This document shows, piece after piece, positions 62,244-64,000 of a stretch of 64,000 nucleotides of DNA (positions are counted from its first letter, which is position 1; each line of letters begins with the position of its first letter). The position numbers and the translations under genes are program-made. The notes below the pieces were generated by a model that did not search any database, had not been told where the DNA came from, and worked only from the letters and a program-made list of their open reading frames with translations. Source of the DNA: Rhodosorus marinus CCMP1338 (lineage: Eukaryota; Plantae; Rhodophyta). The DNA lies in the NCBI GenBank assembly GCA_029953675.1, contig JAMWBK010000009.1, positions 434,001 through 498,000 of the forward strand. The letters are read 5' to 3'.

Positions 62244-63932
62244 GACGACCTCCGACTCCTTGTGGAGCAAAACTGGAGTGTTGAAAAAAAACGCGCCGTG
62301 CCTGACTGCATGGATACCAAGCTAGCTCTCTGCCTGCACTCGGCAGCGCCTGAACGAATTCCACATCAACTTCTCTGGGGATGCAGCCTTTTCGGATTGA
62401 AAAGACAATACGATCTCCGGTGGAACCGATGCCGTAGAAATCAGCTCCGCAATGGAAGTTTCGCTCACGATCCAACCTCGATAAGCACCTCTCAAAGCTC
62501 TTGTATGTTTTCGTTTCAGAAACAATCTCCTGGGCGGGGGCGGAAAGAACTCTAATTCAACCTGCTACTACTGTAAGATAGAAATAAGCGTCGTAGAAAA
62601 TTCCCCCCTCACGGTTTCGAAGAAGAATTGCGGTAAGGGAATAATCCAGGCTTTTTTGGAATTCGCAAATTCGCAACCCCTCCTTCAAGGCTGTGCAAAA
62701 AGCATACGGGCTGGAATTCCAGCCCAAAGAACAATGCTGCACTGATCGCACTAGGTTATTCTTTTTTTGGAAGAATATACGGTATAAATACATAATCGAG
62801 AAGAAATCCTCTTTATGAAATCAATCATTACCATCAAATTCAGGTCTTTAATGATTGAATACTCTTTAACTGGCCAGTCATCAACGATAGCACTTGCAAG
62901 GGTTCAAAAAGTTTTACCAATACTAACATCTTGTATCATAAAATTGATGAATTAATTGAATAAAAACGCGGGGTCTGACACAAACCCTTAGTTTATTTCT
63001 ATTCTCAGCCCTCGTCAATCATTTCAAGTGCGAGCTAATCGTATTCCCAATATTCTCAATATCCCATAATTTTCTCATGTAAGCATAAAACTACTAAAAA
63101 ACTGACATGGAGGGTCTGGACCAGATATCTCTGTCCCGGAAATAATTACGTAAAACAATCTCTCTGCTGAAAAGAATTCAAGGTCCAGACTAACAACGGA
63201 AACTCTCAATTCCCCCCCTTCCAACAACAAGCTCCATTCCTGTGTTGATTGGACTACCCCTTATTTATTCCTACGAGATCTATTTATGAATATATAACAA
63301 ACATTTATATTTTTAGAGAGGGGGTACATCTCTGCACATGATAGAAATAAATGGCCAAAGCATATAGGAGTAGAAAATCTTGTAGAATATATGTAGGGGT
63401 TTTTATATATCGTTTTCAATATTGTGGAAAATTATATTGGACATGTTTATTAAAGTTTAATTAGGAAGTTTTTTGGAGTGATTTTTTTGGTTGACTTGAC
63501 GGATGTGATTGACGTATAACGCAGGCGTTTTGGGGCTGGTGATGGGGAAGGACTTTATATATGAGGGTTCGCAACGATCTACTATTTTGGGTGGGAGGAG
63601 GAGGGTGAGAAGGGGACGGTTAGAAGTTGAATGTCTCTGGAAAGAGGTGCGTTGAATCGAATCATTTTTGAGAACTTGCGGTTAGGGAGGCGGAGTCGGT
63701 GTTTTTGGGTCGTGTGTGTGCTTAAGAGGGAGAGAGAGTTGGGAGCGGCGACTTTTTCCTCACCGTCGTGAGTTTTGTGAGGTGTGTCTGTGTCTGTGTT
63801 GTTTTTTTTGTGGTCGTGAATGGGTTGCTGAATTTTCGAAGGATTTTGAGGGATAATTTAGCTTGCGTTTTTTGGGTTTTGTCTTTGGTGCTGAGAAAAG
63901 GAGGGGTTGTGTATTTCAGGTTTTGTTGAGAG

Positions 63933-64000
63933 ATGGCGGGGACGTTTTATGAGAAGGGAAAGGTCGCTGTGGACAGGGCGATTGCCGCAGATAATCGTGC
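63933..64000 (+). CDS. 5' fragment of a probable MIT-domain protein (VPS4-like), truncated by the window end
   Basis: MAGTFYEKGKVAVDRAIAADNR resembles the VPS4 MIT start (A...V..AI..DN). Preceded by an AT island and a G/T-rich leader. Only 22 codons are visible. Confidence 0.5.
   Translation, partial: MAGTFYEKGKVAVDRAIAADNR

Noticed and set aside
1-64000. Prokaryotic interpretation (operons, CRISPR, defence systems) suggested by bacterial-type genes and the ORF track
   Set aside because: Conserved genes are interrupted by GT-AG introns and include eukaryote-specific families (MCM8, ADA3, UMP1, SERP1). The tandem arrays have long degenerate units with no repeat-spacer structure.

Overview
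This is eukaryotic nuclear DNA, not prokaryotic: compact and gene-dense, with about 24 supportable protein-coding genes split by short GT-AG introns (~60-150 nt). The ORF track uses GTG/TTG starts and ignores splicing, so most of its ORFs are exon fragments or antisense shadows. Three plastid-type proteins (PepB-like aminopeptidase, NhaD, TrpC) start with transit peptides carrying an early Phe (MDTAFV, MAIGFV, MMAFV). This points to a red alga (inference). Recognisable genes, in order: SRPRB, PET100-like, GRAB-domain golgin, M17 aminopeptidase, a Mim1/Tom13-like micro-protein, cytochrome c peroxidase, NhaD, trpC, UVSSA-like, ADA3, XAP5/FAM50, HIT4-like, UMP1, DPH2, SPPL, NhaP-type antiporter, bacterial-type GT28 glycosyltransferase, a RAD51AP1-motif protein, an LYR protein, sterol C4-methyl oxidase, SERP1/RAMP4, MCM8 and the start of a probable VPS4. 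Non-coding structure includes AT-rich promoter islands, two unrelated ~180-bp tandem arrays directly 5' of genes (one a dimeric higher-order repeat), a fold-back element with many oriented GTCCGATAAA motifs, and two strong hairpins. The best leads are the Mim1-like protein, the RAD51AP1 motif, the fold-back element, the promoter-proximal arrays, predicted 7- and 8-nt microexons, and bacterial-type genes that have gained introns. All homology calls come from motif recognition by eye; no database search was run. I saw no rRNA, tRNA, CRISPR array or intact transposase.
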